Shown here: in pieces, positions 38,093 to 48,095 of the stretch
Position numbering within the stretch: position 1 is the stretch's first letter
How the letters are laid out: each line of letters begins with the position of its first letter
NCBI GenBank assembly: GCA_964474895.1
Contig: CAYYUK010000001.1
Span: 13,994 to 77,993, forward strand
DNA from: Candidatus Woesearchaeota archaeon
Lineage (GTDB): Archaea; Nanobdellota; Nanobdellia; SCGC-AAA011-G17; PNOQ01
Length of the DNA stretch: 64,000 nucleotides
Direction of reading: 5' to 3'
Notes under the pieces: model-generated
Told to the model about the DNA's origin: nothing
The model's database searches: none
Seen by the model: only the letters and a program-made list of their open reading frames with translations
Position numbers and translations under genes: made by a program

Positions 38093-38815
38093 ATGGGAAA
38101 ACGAATTATTTCACAGAGAAGGGGAAGAGGAACTTCCACATATAGAACTCCTGGTCATAGATTTGTCTCTGCAATATTCCATAGATCTTATGATGATGTT
38201 GAAAAAACTAGTGTTATGAATGGTGTTGTTAAGAACTTTTTGAAATGCCCTGGACATACTGCTCCATTGGCAGAAATAGAATATGAAAATGGTGATAGGG
38301 GTCTTACATTTGCTACATTGGGAATCCATACTGGTAAGAAGGTTCAAACTGGAAAACTTTCAAAAGTAGAAAATGGTAATACGGTTCCACTAAAAAGTAC
38401 AAAGATAGGTACTATTGTTTATAATATTGAATCAAAGGTCGGTGATGGTGGCAAGTACATAAGATCTGCAGGCTCATTTGCAACTGTTGTAGGAAAAACT
38501 AGAACTAAGGTATCCGTTAAAATGCCTTCTAAAAAAATAAAATTATTTGATGTTGATTGTAGAGCCACTGTTGGTATTGTTGCCGGCGGCGGTAGAAAAG
38601 ATAAACCAATAGTTAAAGCTGGTAAAAGACACTTTATTATGAAGGCGAGAAACAGACTTTATCCGCAGACATCTGGTGTTGCTATGAATGCAGTTGATCA
38701 TCCATTTGGATCTGGTAGGGGAAGACATATGGGTAAACCACGAACGGTTTCAAGACATGCTCCTCCTGGAAGAAAGGTTGGTTCAATCTCTCCAAAGAGA
38801 ACAGGTAAGAAATAA
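38093..38815 (+). CDS. rpl2: ribosomal protein L2
   Basis: VDHPFGSGRGRHMGKP signature. Confidence 0.92.
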   Translation: MGKRIISQRRGRGTSTYRTPGHRFVSAIFHRSYDDVEKTSVMNGVVKNFLKCPGHTAPLAEIEYENGDRGLTFATLGIHTGKKVQTGKLSKVENGNTVPLKSTKIGTIVYNIESKVGDGGKYIRSAGSFATVVGKTRTKVSVKMPSKKIKLFDVDCRATVGIVAGGGRKDKPIVKAGKRHFIMKARNRLYPQTSGVAMNAVDHPFGSGRGRHMGKPRTVSRHAPPGRKVGSISPKRTGKK

Positions 38816-38816
38816 A

Positions 38817-39212
38817 ATGGCAAAAGAATTAACTTACAAAGGAAAGACTAAGGAAGAATTGATTAATTTGAATATGCAAGACTTTGCTAAACTTGTCCCT
38901 GCTAGACATAGGAGAACCCTTCTTCGAGGATTCACTGAAGAACAAAAAAAACTATTAAAAAAAATAAGTGCCACAAGGGAAGGAAAATATAAGAAAAATA
39001 TTAAGACACATTGTAGAAGTATGATTGTCTTACCTGAAATGATTGACTTAACAATTTATGTTTATAATGGAAAGGTTTTCATGCCTGTTTTAGTTGTATT
39101 TGACATGCTTGGACATCGTCTTGGAGAATTTGTAGATACAAGAACAAGAATTAAACATAGTGCTCCAGGAATTGGTGCAACTAGATCTAGTTCATCCCAA
39201 TCTGTGAAATAA
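38817..39212 (+). CDS. rps19: ribosomal protein S19
   Basis: Start placed at ATG 38817 (MAKELTYKGKTKEEL...); family pattern. Confidence 0.88.
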   Translation: MAKELTYKGKTKEELINLNMQDFAKLVPARHRRTLLRGFTEEQKKLLKKISATREGKYKKNIKTHCRSMIVLPEMIDLTIYVYNGKVFMPVLVVFDMLGHRLGEFVDTRTRIKHSAPGIGATRSSSSQSVK

Positions 39213-39214
39213 AA

Positions 39215-39709
39215 ATGGCGGAAGATAAAAAAGCAAAGGAAGAAGTAAAAAAGGAAAAGGTCAAAAGGAAAAAGGAAATTCCGAAGGTCGATTCTGAGAA
39301 AGCACATTTTGCTAGTGTTAACGTTAAAAATCTTCCGATATCTATAAAACAATCTGTAGAAATTGCAAGATATCTTAGAGGAAGAGGCTTGGCACAATCG
39401 AAGGCATTCTTACAAGATGTTATTGATAAGAAAAGAGCAGTTCCTTTCAAAAGATACAATAGAGATGTTGGACATAAACCTGGAAAAATTGCTGCTGGAA
39501 GATATCCTGAAAAAGCTTCTGGTCATTTCCTCTTGCTTTTGAATTCGCTTGAAGCCAATGCTGAAAATAAAGGATTGGATGTTGACACTTTAATCATTTC
39601 AGAAGTAATTGCAAATAAGGGTCCTGATCAATGGCATTATGGTAGGCTTAGAAGAAGAAAGATGAAGAAAACTCATCTACAGATAAAAGCTGTGGAAAAA
39701 GAAAAATGA
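39215..39709 (+). CDS. rpl22: ribosomal protein L22
   Basis: Family pattern and position. Confidence 0.88.
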   Translation: MAEDKKAKEEVKKEKVKRKKEIPKVDSEKAHFASVNVKNLPISIKQSVEIARYLRGRGLAQSKAFLQDVIDKKRAVPFKRYNRDVGHKPGKIAAGRYPEKASGHFLLLLNSLEANAENKGLDVDTLIISEVIANKGPDQWHYGRLRRRKMKKTHLQIKAVEKEK

Positions 39710-40539
39710 TAGAGAGAGAAATAATTAGGAAAAACTTGAAAGAGTTTGGGATAAAAGAACATATGTCTGACGTAGTTGGGAAGTCTGGTTATAGTCATAC
39801 TGATATACAAAAAACCCCCCTTGGTGAAAAGGTTGTGGTTTATACTTCTAAACCTGGTTTGATTGTTGGAAGCAAGGGAAAAGGTATAAAGGAATTAACT
39901 GCTGTTTTAAAAAATAAATTTGGATTGGAAAATCCGCAAATTGAAGTTAGTGAGATTGATCGTCCATTTTTGAATCCTAAATCTGTAGCTAAAGATATTG
40001 TTAGTTCATTTGAGAGATTTGGACCAAGACGTTTCAAGTTCACTGGTTATAAGATGTTAGAATTGATTATGGCTGCCGGTGCCCAAGGCGCTGAAATCGT
40101 TATTACAGGTAGAGGAATTCCAAGTACAAGATCTAAAAGTTGGAGATTTTCTGCCGGGCACTTAAAGAAATCTGGCAATGTTTCAGAAAATCTTGTTTCA
40201 AGAGGTTATGCAATTGCCCATTTAAAGTCTGGCGCAATAGGTGTCAAAGTTATGATTCTTACTCCTGATGTTGAACTTCCAGATAAGATAACTATTAGGG
40301 AACCTGTTGTGGTTGAAGAAATAGAAGAAGAATCAAAAGAAGAAGAGAAAAAAGAGGAAAAGAATGAAGAAGTTAATGCTGACGAAAAGGTCTCTAATGA
40401 AAAAGTAAAAGAAAAAACAGTAACTGCAAATGAACCAAAGGAAAAAAAAGAAGTAAAGAAAATAGAACAAGAAAAGGTTCCTACTGCTGCAGAATTAAAA
40501 AAGAAAAAGGAAGAAGATGGCAATAATAAGAAAGAATGA
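39706..40539 (+). CDS. rps3: ribosomal protein S3 with K/E-rich C-terminal tail
   Basis: KH domain VVVYTSKPGLIVGSKGKGIKEL; about 80-aa charged tail. Confidence 0.9.
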   Translation: MIEREIIRKNLKEFGIKEHMSDVVGKSGYSHTDIQKTPLGEKVVVYTSKPGLIVGSKGKGIKELTAVLKNKFGLENPQIEVSEIDRPFLNPKSVAKDIVSSFERFGPRRFKFTGYKMLELIMAAGAQGAEIVITGRGIPSTRSKSWRFSAGHLKKSGNVSENLVSRGYAIAHLKSGAIGVKVMILTPDVELPDKITIREPVVVEEIEEESKEEEKKEEKNEEVNADEKVSNEKVKEKTVTANEPKEKKEVKKIEQEKVPTAAELKKKKEEDGNNKKE

Positions 40540-40729
40540 ATTAGCTCAGATGAATGAGAAAGCCTTGGATGATAAAATGGTTGAGCTAAAGAAGGAACTG
40601 ATTAAGATTAATGCTCAGGTTGCGATAGGAACTGTTCCTGAAAATCCTGGAAAAATCAAAGAAATAAAGAGAACTATTGCTAGAATATATACTTTGAAAA
40701 AAATAAAGGGAGGTATTGAAAAGGTATGA
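40517..40729 (+). CDS. rpl29: ribosomal protein L29
   Basis: 70-aa helical protein in canonical position. Confidence 0.85.
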   Translation: MAIIRKNELAQMNEKALDDKMVELKKELIKINAQVAIGTVPENPGKIKEIKRTIARIYTLKKIKGGIEKV

Positions 40730-41028
40730 ACGTCGTATGCCCAAAATGTGGCCTACCAATGGATCTTTGTGTCTGTGAAACCATATCCAAAGAGGAACAA
40801 AGAATAACTGTTAAGAAAGACAAGAAACGTTACGGAAAACTCGTTACGGTTATTAAAGGTCTTGATCAAAACAGTATCAACATAAAGGATTTGGCTAAAC
40901 AACTCAAAAATAAACTTGCTTGTGGTGGAACTTACAAGGATGGAATTATAGAGTTGCAAGGAGATCACATATCGAAGGTTAAGGAAGAGCTTATAAAACT
41001 CGGCTTTAATCCCGACACGATAGAGTAA
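40726..41028 (+). CDS. sui1: translation initiation factor SUI1 (aIF1)
   Basis: N-terminal Cys motif CPKCG..C.C plus SUI1 domain; canonical position between L29 and RNase P p29. Confidence 0.8.
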   Translation: MNVVCPKCGLPMDLCVCETISKEEQRITVKKDKKRYGKLVTVIKGLDQNSINIKDLAKQLKNKLACGGTYKDGIIELQGDHISKVKEELIKLGFNPDTIE

Positions 41029-41029
41029 G

Positions 41030-41257
41030 ATGAAGTGGAAAGGTGGGTTAATTGGCTCGTGTATAGAGGTTGTAGAGTCCAAAAATGAAAAGTTGGTTGG
41101 GTTGAAAGGAAAAGTAATCGATGAGACGAAAAATATTATTGTGATTGAAAGCAATGGAACAAAAAAAATAATCAAAAGTCATGTCATGCTAAAGATTGAC
41201 GGAAAAATTGTTGATGGAAAATCAATGGTTGGTCATCTGAAGGATAGAATAAAATGA
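41030..41257 (+). CDS. rnp1: RNase P protein component 1 (Rpp29/Pop4)
   Basis: 75-aa Sm-like barrel protein (LIGSCIEVVESKNEKLVGLKGKVIDETKN) in conserved position before S17. Confidence 0.75.
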   Translation: MKWKGGLIGSCIEVVESKNEKLVGLKGKVIDETKNIIVIESNGTKKIIKSHVMLKIDGKIVDGKSMVGHLKDRIK

Positions 41258-41586
41258 AAAAAAACAGCGGAATCGGAATTGAATTGAATTTGCCTAAAGA
41301 AAAGGTTGAAGAGTTAGGTAGGGAATTGTCAGATAGTAGCATAAAGTTAAGGGGGAGAACTTTTACTGGAAAAGTAGTTTCCAGAGACGCCCATAAATCT
41401 GCACGAGTCGAAATAACTAGAATACGCCCAGTTAGAAAATATGAAAGATTTGAACATAGAACATCTAAATTCAGTGTTCACAATCCTCTTTGTTTGGATT
41501 GTAATGTTGGAGATAAGGTAAAGATTGTAGAATGTAGACCAATAAGTAAAACAAAGAAATTTGTCATAATTGAGAAATTAAAATGA
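41254..41586 (+). CDS. rps17: ribosomal protein S17
   Basis: Family pattern. Confidence 0.88.
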   Translation: MKKNSGIGIELNLPKEKVEELGRELSDSSIKLRGRTFTGKVVSRDAHKSARVEITRIRPVRKYERFEHRTSKFSVHNPLCLDCNVGDKVKIVECRPISKTKKFVIIEKLK

Positions 41587-41984
41587 AAGCAATAAAAGCA
41601 AGAATTCCAAGATGTATTGTAAGAGGTTCCAAGATGGGAGTCTGTGACAATTCGGGTGCTAAAATTGCTTATTTAATTTCCATAAAAGGATCTAAAACTG
41701 TTAAGGGAAGATTTCCTTCCGCTGGTGTTGGTGATTTGGTTACAGTTTCTATAATCAAGGGTGATAAGAGTGTTAGAAAGCAAGTAATGTCTGCGATTGT
41801 AGTTAGACAATCTAAGGAGTATAGAAGATTAGATGGAAATAGAATTAAATTTAATGATAATGCGGTTATAATTTGTAAAGATGAGAAAGGTAATCCAAAG
41901 GGAACTTCGTTTAAAGGACCTATTGCTAAGGAGGCTACTGAAAGATGGCCAGCTGTTAGTAAGCTAGCCAAGATTATAGTTTAA
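41583..41984 (+). CDS. rpl14: ribosomal protein L14
   Basis: Family pattern. Confidence 0.9.
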   Translation: MKAIKARIPRCIVRGSKMGVCDNSGAKIAYLISIKGSKTVKGRFPSAGVGDLVTVSIIKGDKSVRKQVMSAIVVRQSKEYRRLDGNRIKFNDNAVIICKDEKGNPKGTSFKGPIAKEATERWPAVSKLAKIIV

Positions 41985-41985
41985 A

Positions 41986-42366
41986 ATGAAATCAATTTTT
42001 TCAATTTCATGGAAGAGGAGCAAACAACCTAGAAGGCAGCGTAAATATATTCATAACGCTCCCGGACACGTTAGAGATAGATTGGTATCTACTTCATTAT
42101 CAAAGGAATTGAGACAAAAATATGGTAAGAGGAATCTTCTTATCAGAAAAGGAGATAAAGTGAAAATTTTGAGAGGACAATTTAAAGGAAAAGTTGGAGA
42201 AGTGTCTAGAGTAGATAGGCAAAACTTGAGAGTTCATATTGAAAATATAGGTATCTTAAAAAAGGATGGTTCAAGAACATCATATCCCATTCACCCATCA
42301 AATTTAGTCATAACTGAAATAAAATTGGAGGACAAGAAAAGAAAGGCAATCTTGGAAAGGAAATAA
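41986..42366 (+). CDS. rpl24: ribosomal protein L24
   Basis: KOW motif GDKVKILRGQFKGKVG. Confidence 0.88.
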   Translation: MKSIFSISWKRSKQPRRQRKYIHNAPGHVRDRLVSTSLSKELRQKYGKRNLLIRKGDKVKILRGQFKGKVGEVSRVDRQNLRVHIENIGILKKDGSRTSYPIHPSNLVITEIKLEDKKRKAILERK

Positions 42367-42367
42367 A

Positions 42368-43069
42368 ATGGTAAGAAATCATATCAAAAGACTGGCTGCC
42401 CCTAAGACGTGGCCTATTCACAGGAAGGCTTACTCTTGGATTGCAAAACCAAGTTCAGGAACTCATAGTTTAGATAGTTGTGTGTCTATTGGAACTTTCT
42501 TAAAGGAATTTTTGAAAATATGTAGTAATTCTAGAGAAGTCAAATTCATGCTTTCAAATGGTCTTGTTAAAATAGATGGAAGAATAAGAAGAGATATAAA
42601 ATTTCCAGTTGGAATTATGGATGTAGTCTCTGTTAAAGATAAGAATTATAGAATATTATTTAGCACAAAAGGAAAACTTGCTCCTGTTGAAATTTCTAAA
42701 GAGGAATCCAAGATAAAACCTATGAAAGTTATTGGAAAAACATCTCTGAAAGGTAAGAAATTGCAAATAAACTTATTTGACGGGACAAATATTTTATCAG
42801 ATAAAAAAGATTTTAAAACTTATGACTCTCTTATTTTTAGCGAAGGTAAATTTAAAGAAAAAGTAGATTTCAAAGAAGGTGCCTTTGTATATATTACAGG
42901 TGGAAAACAAATAGGTAGAGCAGGTATTTTGAAAAAAATAGAGAATTTTAAAGGTATTCAATCTAAAAAAATAATTTTCAGTGATGGAAAATCTGATTTT
43001 GAAACTTTGAAAGATTTTGCTTTTGTAATTGGCAAAGATAAACCATTGATTACACTTCAAAATGAATAA
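42368..43069 (+). CDS. rps4e: ribosomal protein S4e
   Basis: Family pattern. Confidence 0.88.
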   Translation: MVRNHIKRLAAPKTWPIHRKAYSWIAKPSSGTHSLDSCVSIGTFLKEFLKICSNSREVKFMLSNGLVKIDGRIRRDIKFPVGIMDVVSVKDKNYRILFSTKGKLAPVEISKEESKIKPMKVIGKTSLKGKKLQINLFDGTNILSDKKDFKTYDSLIFSEGKFKEKVDFKEGAFVYITGGKQIGRAGILKKIENFKGIQSKKIIFSDGKSDFETLKDFAFVIGKDKPLITLQNE

Positions 43070-43577
43070 GATGAAAGAAATTAGGATAGAGAAGATAACT
43101 CTTAACAAAGGAGTTGGAGAAGCTGGAGAGCTTCTAAAAAAAGCTTCAAAGCTTTTGAGCATGATTTCTGGCAAAAAATCTATTAATAATGTATCTAGTA
43201 AGAGAATACCAAAATGGGGCGTTAGACCTGGTTTAGAAATTGGAACTAAAGTTACTATAAGGGGCAAAGCTGCGGAAGAGTTGTTGAAAAGGTTGCTCGC
43301 CGCTGTTGAGAATAAAATAAATCCAACATCTTTTGGAAATGATGGTAATTTTTCATTTGGAATTCCAGAATATATTGAAATTCCTGGTATAGAATATGAT
43401 CCTGAGATTGGAATTGTGGGCTTAGAAGTTGCAGTTACATTAGAGAGACCAGGTTACAGAATTAAAAAGAGAAAGTATAGAAAAACAAAAGTTGGAAAGG
43501 GTCATTCCATCAAAAAAGATGATGCAATGGATTATGCTAAAAGTAAATTTAATGTTAATCTAGGGGTGGAAGAATAA
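43062..43577 (+). CDS. rpl5: ribosomal protein L5
   Basis: Family pattern. Confidence 0.9.
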   Translation: MNKMKEIRIEKITLNKGVGEAGELLKKASKLLSMISGKKSINNVSSKRIPKWGVRPGLEIGTKVTIRGKAAEELLKRLLAAVENKINPTSFGNDGNFSFGIPEYIEIPGIEYDPEIGIVGLEVAVTLERPGYRIKKRKYRKTKVGKGHSIKKDDAMDYAKSKFNVNLGVEE

Positions 43578-43578
43578 A

Positions 43579-43809
43579 ATGACTGCAAGTGATCATAGGA
43601 AAGCGTTTAAACAGCTCAAAGCAAAGCCAGCTAAACTGGCTAAGTTTATTAAACATAACAAACCGAAAAAAAGAAGTTGTGGTAATGCGTTACGGAAATG
43701 TAAAAGATGCGGGAGAAATGGTGCCCATATACAAAAGTATGGCATTGGTCTATGCAGACAATGTTTTAGAGAAGTAGCAAAGAATATAGGGTTTAAAAAA
43801 TATAGTTGA
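43579..43809 (+). CDS. rps14: ribosomal protein S14 (zinc-binding type)
   Basis: C-terminal CxxC...CxxC ([22 protein letters not shown]). Confidence 0.85.
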   Translation: MTASDHRKAFKQLKAKPAKLAKFIKHNKPKKRSCGNALRKCKRCGRNGAHIQKYGIGLCRQCFREVAKNIGFKKYS

Positions 43810-43817
43810 GGTTAAAA

Positions 43818-44210
43818 ATGTCATTAAACGATCCATTAGCAAATGCAATGTCACACATTTTGAATTGTGAACAAAAGAGTTTGAAAACTTGTACTGTTAA
43901 AAATGCATCCAAGTTTATTAATTCTGTTTTCACTCTCTTAAAGAGCAAGAATTATATTAAAGACTTTAAGTCGGTTAAAACTCAACGGGGAGACTTTCTG
44001 GAAATTGAATTGGCTGGAAGCATAAACAAATGCGGAGTTATTAAGCCAAGATTTTCTGTTAAAAAGAATGAATATGAGAAGTTCGAGAAAAGATACCTTC
44101 CTGCACATGGTTTTGGAATAATTATTGTATCAACTCCAAAAGGTTTGATGATGCATGATGAGGCGATTGAGAAAGGATTGGGTGGAAAGCTTATTGCTTA
44201 TTGTTACTAA
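43818..44210 (+). CDS. rps8: ribosomal protein S8
   Basis: Start at ATG 43818 (MSLNDPLANAMSHI...). Confidence 0.88.
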   Translation: MSLNDPLANAMSHILNCEQKSLKTCTVKNASKFINSVFTLLKSKNYIKDFKSVKTQRGDFLEIELAGSINKCGVIKPRFSVKKNEYEKFEKRYLPAHGFGIIIVSTPKGLMMHDEAIEKGLGGKLIAYCY

Positions 44211-44211
44211 A

Positions 44212-44760
44212 ATGGCTAAAATAAACTTAAAGGAAACTATAGTAATCCCCGATGGGATAGAGATCACGATAGATCCTTTGTCATTAAAAGCTAGCGGACC
44301 TAATGGTACTTTAGATAGAAAATATTTTTATCCTGGTCTTAAGTTAACTAAGGAAGGTAATATTTTATCTTTAGAGTATACAAATGCATCAAAAAAAGAA
44401 AAAATGGTTCTCAAAACTCTTAAGGCCCATATTGAAAATATGCTGATGGGTACAAAAAGAGATTTTGTGTATTCTTTAAAAATTTGTTCTGGACACTTTC
44501 CTATGACTGTAACTCAAGAAGGAAATAAAATAATTATAAAAAACTTTTTAGGAGAAAAAGTTTCAAGAAGTGCTAAAATTTTAGAAAATGTTAAGGTCGA
44601 AATAAATAAAGATGTAATTACTCTTTCTGGATTTGATATTGAAGCTGTTGGTCAAAGTGCTGCAAATTTGGAAAAGTCAACTAGAATTACAAATAGAGAT
44701 AGAAGACGTTTTCAAGATGGAATTTACATAACTAACAAAGCAGGAGAAAAAGAAGAATGA
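44212..44760 (+). CDS. rpl6: ribosomal protein L6
   Basis: Start at ATG 44212 (MAKINLKETIVIP...). Confidence 0.88.
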   Translation: MAKINLKETIVIPDGIEITIDPLSLKASGPNGTLDRKYFYPGLKLTKEGNILSLEYTNASKKEKMVLKTLKAHIENMLMGTKRDFVYSLKICSGHFPMTVTQEGNKIIIKNFLGEKVSRSAKILENVKVEINKDVITLSGFDIEAVGQSAANLEKSTRITNRDRRRFQDGIYITNKAGEKEE

Positions 44761-45416
44761 AAGACATTTTGGCAATCAGGAAAATTTTGAAGTCTAAGAA
44801 GCCAAAATTCTTGAGACAGGATTCTAATATATTAAAAGGCAAGACAAAGTCTAAATGGAGAAAACCAAGAGGTTTGCATAATAAACGTAGATTACATAAA
44901 AAGGGGCATCAAAAAAATCCTTCTGTGGGTTTTAAATCTCCAAAGTTGGTTAAAAATCTTCTTCCTAGTGGAAAAATCATTCATTATTTAACAAGAATTG
45001 ATGATTTGAAAGGATTTGATAGCACCAAACACGAAGTTCTTATTTCTTCTGGTGTCGGTTTGAAGAACAAAATCAAAATACTTGAAAAATGTCTCGAGAG
45101 TAATATACCCGTCTCCAATGTTAAAGATATTGCTGCTTTTTTGAAAGATTCTAAATCTAAATTAACTAAAAGAAAAGATACTTCAAAGGGAAGGAAAATT
45201 AAGAAGAAAAAAGAAGAAGAAAAGGCATCTAAAAAGAAAGAAGAAAAGAAGGATGAAGGAAATAAGGATGATGCAAAGAAGGAAGAAGTAAAAAAAGAAG
45301 TTTTGGGTGCAAAACAAGAAGAAAAGAAAATCTCAAAGGGGATTGATGTTAAAAAAGACACAACCAAATCAAAAAGCGGACATATGGCGAGAAGTGTTCC
45401 AGGGACTAAACAATGA
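44757..45416 (+). CDS. rpl32e: ribosomal protein L32e with long K-rich C-terminal tail
   Basis: L32e core KFLRQDS...WRKPRG plus about 90-aa K/E-rich extension. Confidence 0.85.
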   Translation: MKDILAIRKILKSKKPKFLRQDSNILKGKTKSKWRKPRGLHNKRRLHKKGHQKNPSVGFKSPKLVKNLLPSGKIIHYLTRIDDLKGFDSTKHEVLISSGVGLKNKIKILEKCLESNIPVSNVKDIAAFLKDSKSKLTKRKDTSKGRKIKKKKEEEKASKKKEEKKDEGNKDDAKKEEVKKEVLGAKQEEKKISKGIDVKKDTTKSKSGHMARSVPGTKQ

Positions 45417-45871
45417 AATTAGATAAACAAAAGAAACTGGCCGCAAAAGTTTTTGGTGTTGGTAAAAAAAGAGTAACCTTCGATGAGGATAAGTTATCTG
45501 AAATAAAGGAAGCAATAACAAGATCAGATATAAGATCTCTTAGAGTATTAAAGGCAATTAAAAAGAATCAAAAAAATTCTGTGTCAAGAGTAAGGGCAAG
45601 AAAGGTTCTCAAACAAAAAAGGAAGGGGAGAAAAACAGGTCCTGGTTCAAGAGAAGGAAAGAAAACTGCAAGACTTGGTAGGAAAAGGTCTTGGATAAAT
45701 AAGATAAGAATACAACGATCTTTTGCAAAGGAACTAAGAGACAAAAAATTAATCTCTCTTTCAAATTATAGATTAGTTTATAGAAGGATAAAGGGTGGTT
45801 ACTTTAGAAGCAAAGGCCACATAAAAACATATTTAACAGATAATAGGTTATTTGAAAATGTCAAAAAGTAA
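45413..45871 (+). CDS. rpl19e: ribosomal protein L19e
   Basis: Family pattern. Confidence 0.88.
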   Translation: MKLDKQKKLAAKVFGVGKKRVTFDEDKLSEIKEAITRSDIRSLRVLKAIKKNQKNSVSRVRARKVLKQKRKGRKTGPGSREGKKTARLGRKRSWINKIRIQRSFAKELRDKKLISLSNYRLVYRRIKGGYFRSKGHIKTYLTDNRLFENVKK

Positions 45872-46454
45872 AACACATACGGTAAAATTCGGGCGTAAGA
45901 GAAATGGTAAAACCGATTACAGAAAGAGAATAAAGTATCTTTCTTCAAATAAGATACGGATAGTCATTAGACCATCGAATAATAAGATTATTATACAGGC
46001 CATTGAATTTAATGAAAATGGAGACAAATGTTTGTTATCTGTTGATTCAACATCTCTTAGGAAGTATGGTTGGAAAGGATCTACAGGCAATATATCTGCA
46101 GCTTATTTGACAGGAATTCTCTTTGGTAATACTATTAAAGAAAAAGTCAAAGAAGGTATTGTAGACTTTGGTCTTCACTCTGTAACTAAGGGAACAAGAT
46201 TACCAGCAACAATTAAGGGATTAATTGATTCTGGATTGGGTGTTCCTTGTTCAAAAGATATATTCCCAAACGATGATGTTATTAGTGGGAAGCTTTTATC
46301 AGTTTATTCTTCTGAATTGAAGAAAACAAGTCCTGAAAAGTATGAAAAGCAATTTTCAAAATATTTAAAAATAGGTTTAAATCCTGAAGATTTACCTAAA
46401 AATTTTGAAGAGGTAAAAACTAAATTAATGGGTTCAAATGAGAAGACAAAATAG
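45852..46454 (+). CDS. rpl18: ribosomal protein L18
   Basis: Family pattern; exact start (45852 or 45858) uncertain. Confidence 0.85.
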   Translation: MKMSKSKTHTVKFGRKRNGKTDYRKRIKYLSSNKIRIVIRPSNNKIIIQAIEFNENGDKCLLSVDSTSLRKYGWKGSTGNISAAYLTGILFGNTIKEKVKEGIVDFGLHSVTKGTRLPATIKGLIDSGLGVPCSKDIFPNDDVISGKLLSVYSSELKKTSPEKYEKQFSKYLKIGLNPEDLPKNFEEVKTKLMGSNEKTK

Positions 46455-47205
46455 AAACGACAGAAAAGGCAAATTTGTAGATAGAAAAGAAGCCGAATTG
46501 AATAGGAGAGCTGAAGCTATTGCTAAGTGGATCCCCAAAACATCTCTTGGAAAGAAAGTTAAGTCTGGAGAGATTAAAAATATCGATGAAGTTTTTGATA
46601 ATGGTTTTAAAATATTAGAGTCTGAAATTGTTGACGTTCTTTTGCCAGGTTTGGAGTATGAATTAATTGCCATAGGTCAATCTAAAGGAAAGTTCGGTGG
46701 TGGAAAGAGAAGTATTTGGAAACAAACCCAAAAGAAAACTAGTGAGGGAAATAAACCTAAGTTTTCTACAATTGCTGTTGTTGGAAATAGGGATGGTTAT
46801 ATTGGGCTTGGAAGGGGCAAAGCCAAGGAAACAGTTCCAGCTAGAGAAAAAGCAATTAGAAATGCTAAGTTAAGTATTATGAAAATTAGGAGGGGTTGTG
46901 GCTCTTGGTCTTGTGCATGTGGTGAAAATCATTCTATTCCTCTTAGTGTATCTGGAAAGCGTGGTAGTGTTAAGATTAGTCTTATACCAGCTCCAAAGGG
47001 TACTCGTTTAACTGCTCACAAAGAAGTGCAAAAAATATTGAAATTTGCAGGTATAAGTGATATTTATTCCAAAACGTATGGTCAGACAAAAACTCAATTA
47101 AATTTGGTTGGGGCTTGTATGGATGCGTTCAAAAAATTAAATACAACAAAAATAAAACAAGAGTATTATGAAAAGTCTGGTTTAACAGAGGGTAAGAATG
47201 GTTAA
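46438..47205 (+). CDS. rps5: ribosomal protein S5
   Basis: dsRBD-like and S5 C-terminal domain. Confidence 0.88.
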   Translation: MRRQNRNDRKGKFVDRKEAELNRRAEAIAKWIPKTSLGKKVKSGEIKNIDEVFDNGFKILESEIVDVLLPGLEYELIAIGQSKGKFGGGKRSIWKQTQKKTSEGNKPKFSTIAVVGNRDGYIGLGRGKAKETVPAREKAIRNAKLSIMKIRRGCGSWSCACGENHSIPLSVSGKRGSVKISLIPAPKGTRLTAHKEVQKILKFAGISDIYSKTYGQTKTQLNLVGACMDAFKKLNTTKIKQEYYEKSGLTEGKNG

Positions 47206-47668
47206 GATTGTCATAATTAGGATTGCTGGACAGCAGGGATTATCTAGAAAAGTAAAAAATACTTTTAATTTGTTAAACCTTCATAAAAAGAATACTTGCA
47301 CAATTATTGATTCTTCTAAAGATATGAAAGGAATGATTAATGTCATAAAAGATCATTCTACTTGGGGAGAGATAGATAAGAATACTTTATCTCTTTTAAT
47401 TGAAAAAAGAGGTAGGCTTCCAGGTAATGTTTGTGTTGATGAAAGTTATGTTAAAGAAAAAGTTAAGAAAAGTTTTGACGAAATATCTTCTGAATTAATT
47501 GAAGGAAAAATGAAATTAAAGGATATCCCTGGTTTGAAACAATTCTTCAGATTGAGCCCACCCAAAAAAGGTTATGCTCAACAGGGAACGAAGAAGCCAT
47601 TTTCATTAGGTGGTGCGCTTGGCTATAGAAAGGAAAAAATTAATGATTTAATACAAAGGATGTTGTAA
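47198..47668 (+). CDS. rpl30: ribosomal protein L30
   Basis: Family pattern. Confidence 0.85.
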   Translation: MVKIVIIRIAGQQGLSRKVKNTFNLLNLHKKNTCTIIDSSKDMKGMINVIKDHSTWGEIDKNTLSLLIEKRGRLPGNVCVDESYVKEKVKKSFDEISSELIEGKMKLKDIPGLKQFFRLSPPKKGYAQQGTKKPFSLGGALGYRKEKINDLIQRML

Positions 47669-47669
47669 G

Positions 47670-48095
47670 ATGCCTACAAACAAAAGGAAAAAGAATACTA
47701 GGATGCGTGCAAAGACCACACATGGTTATGGTTCTATGAAAAAGCATAGGGGTGCAGGTAATCGTGGTGGTAGGGGTAATGCTGGTACTGGTAAAAGAGC
47801 AGATCAGAAAAAACCAACAATCCTTAAAGAATTTGGGTTAGCTTATTTTGGTAAAAAAGGTTTCAAAAATCAAAGAAGGGTTGGTAAAAAGAATTTAGTT
47901 CTAAATTTGGATTATGTTAATGATAATTTAAGTGAAAAAGTTGGGGAATTTTACATATTTGATGCTTCAAAATATGATAAAATCTTAGGTACTGGTAATA
48001 TTACCAAGAAACTAAAAATTAAGTGTAAATCATTTTCAAAGACCGCCCTTGAAAAAATTAAGAAGGCGGGCGGAGAAGCAGAAATATGTTCTTAA
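47670..48095 (+). CDS. rpl15: ribosomal protein L15
   Basis: Gly/Arg-rich N-terminus GAGNRGGRGNAGTGKR. Confidence 0.88.
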   Translation: MPTNKRKKNTRMRAKTTHGYGSMKKHRGAGNRGGRGNAGTGKRADQKKPTILKEFGLAYFGKKGFKNQRRVGKKNLVLNLDYVNDNLSEKVGEFYIFDASKYDKILGTGNITKKLKIKCKSFSKTALEKIKKAGGEAEICS

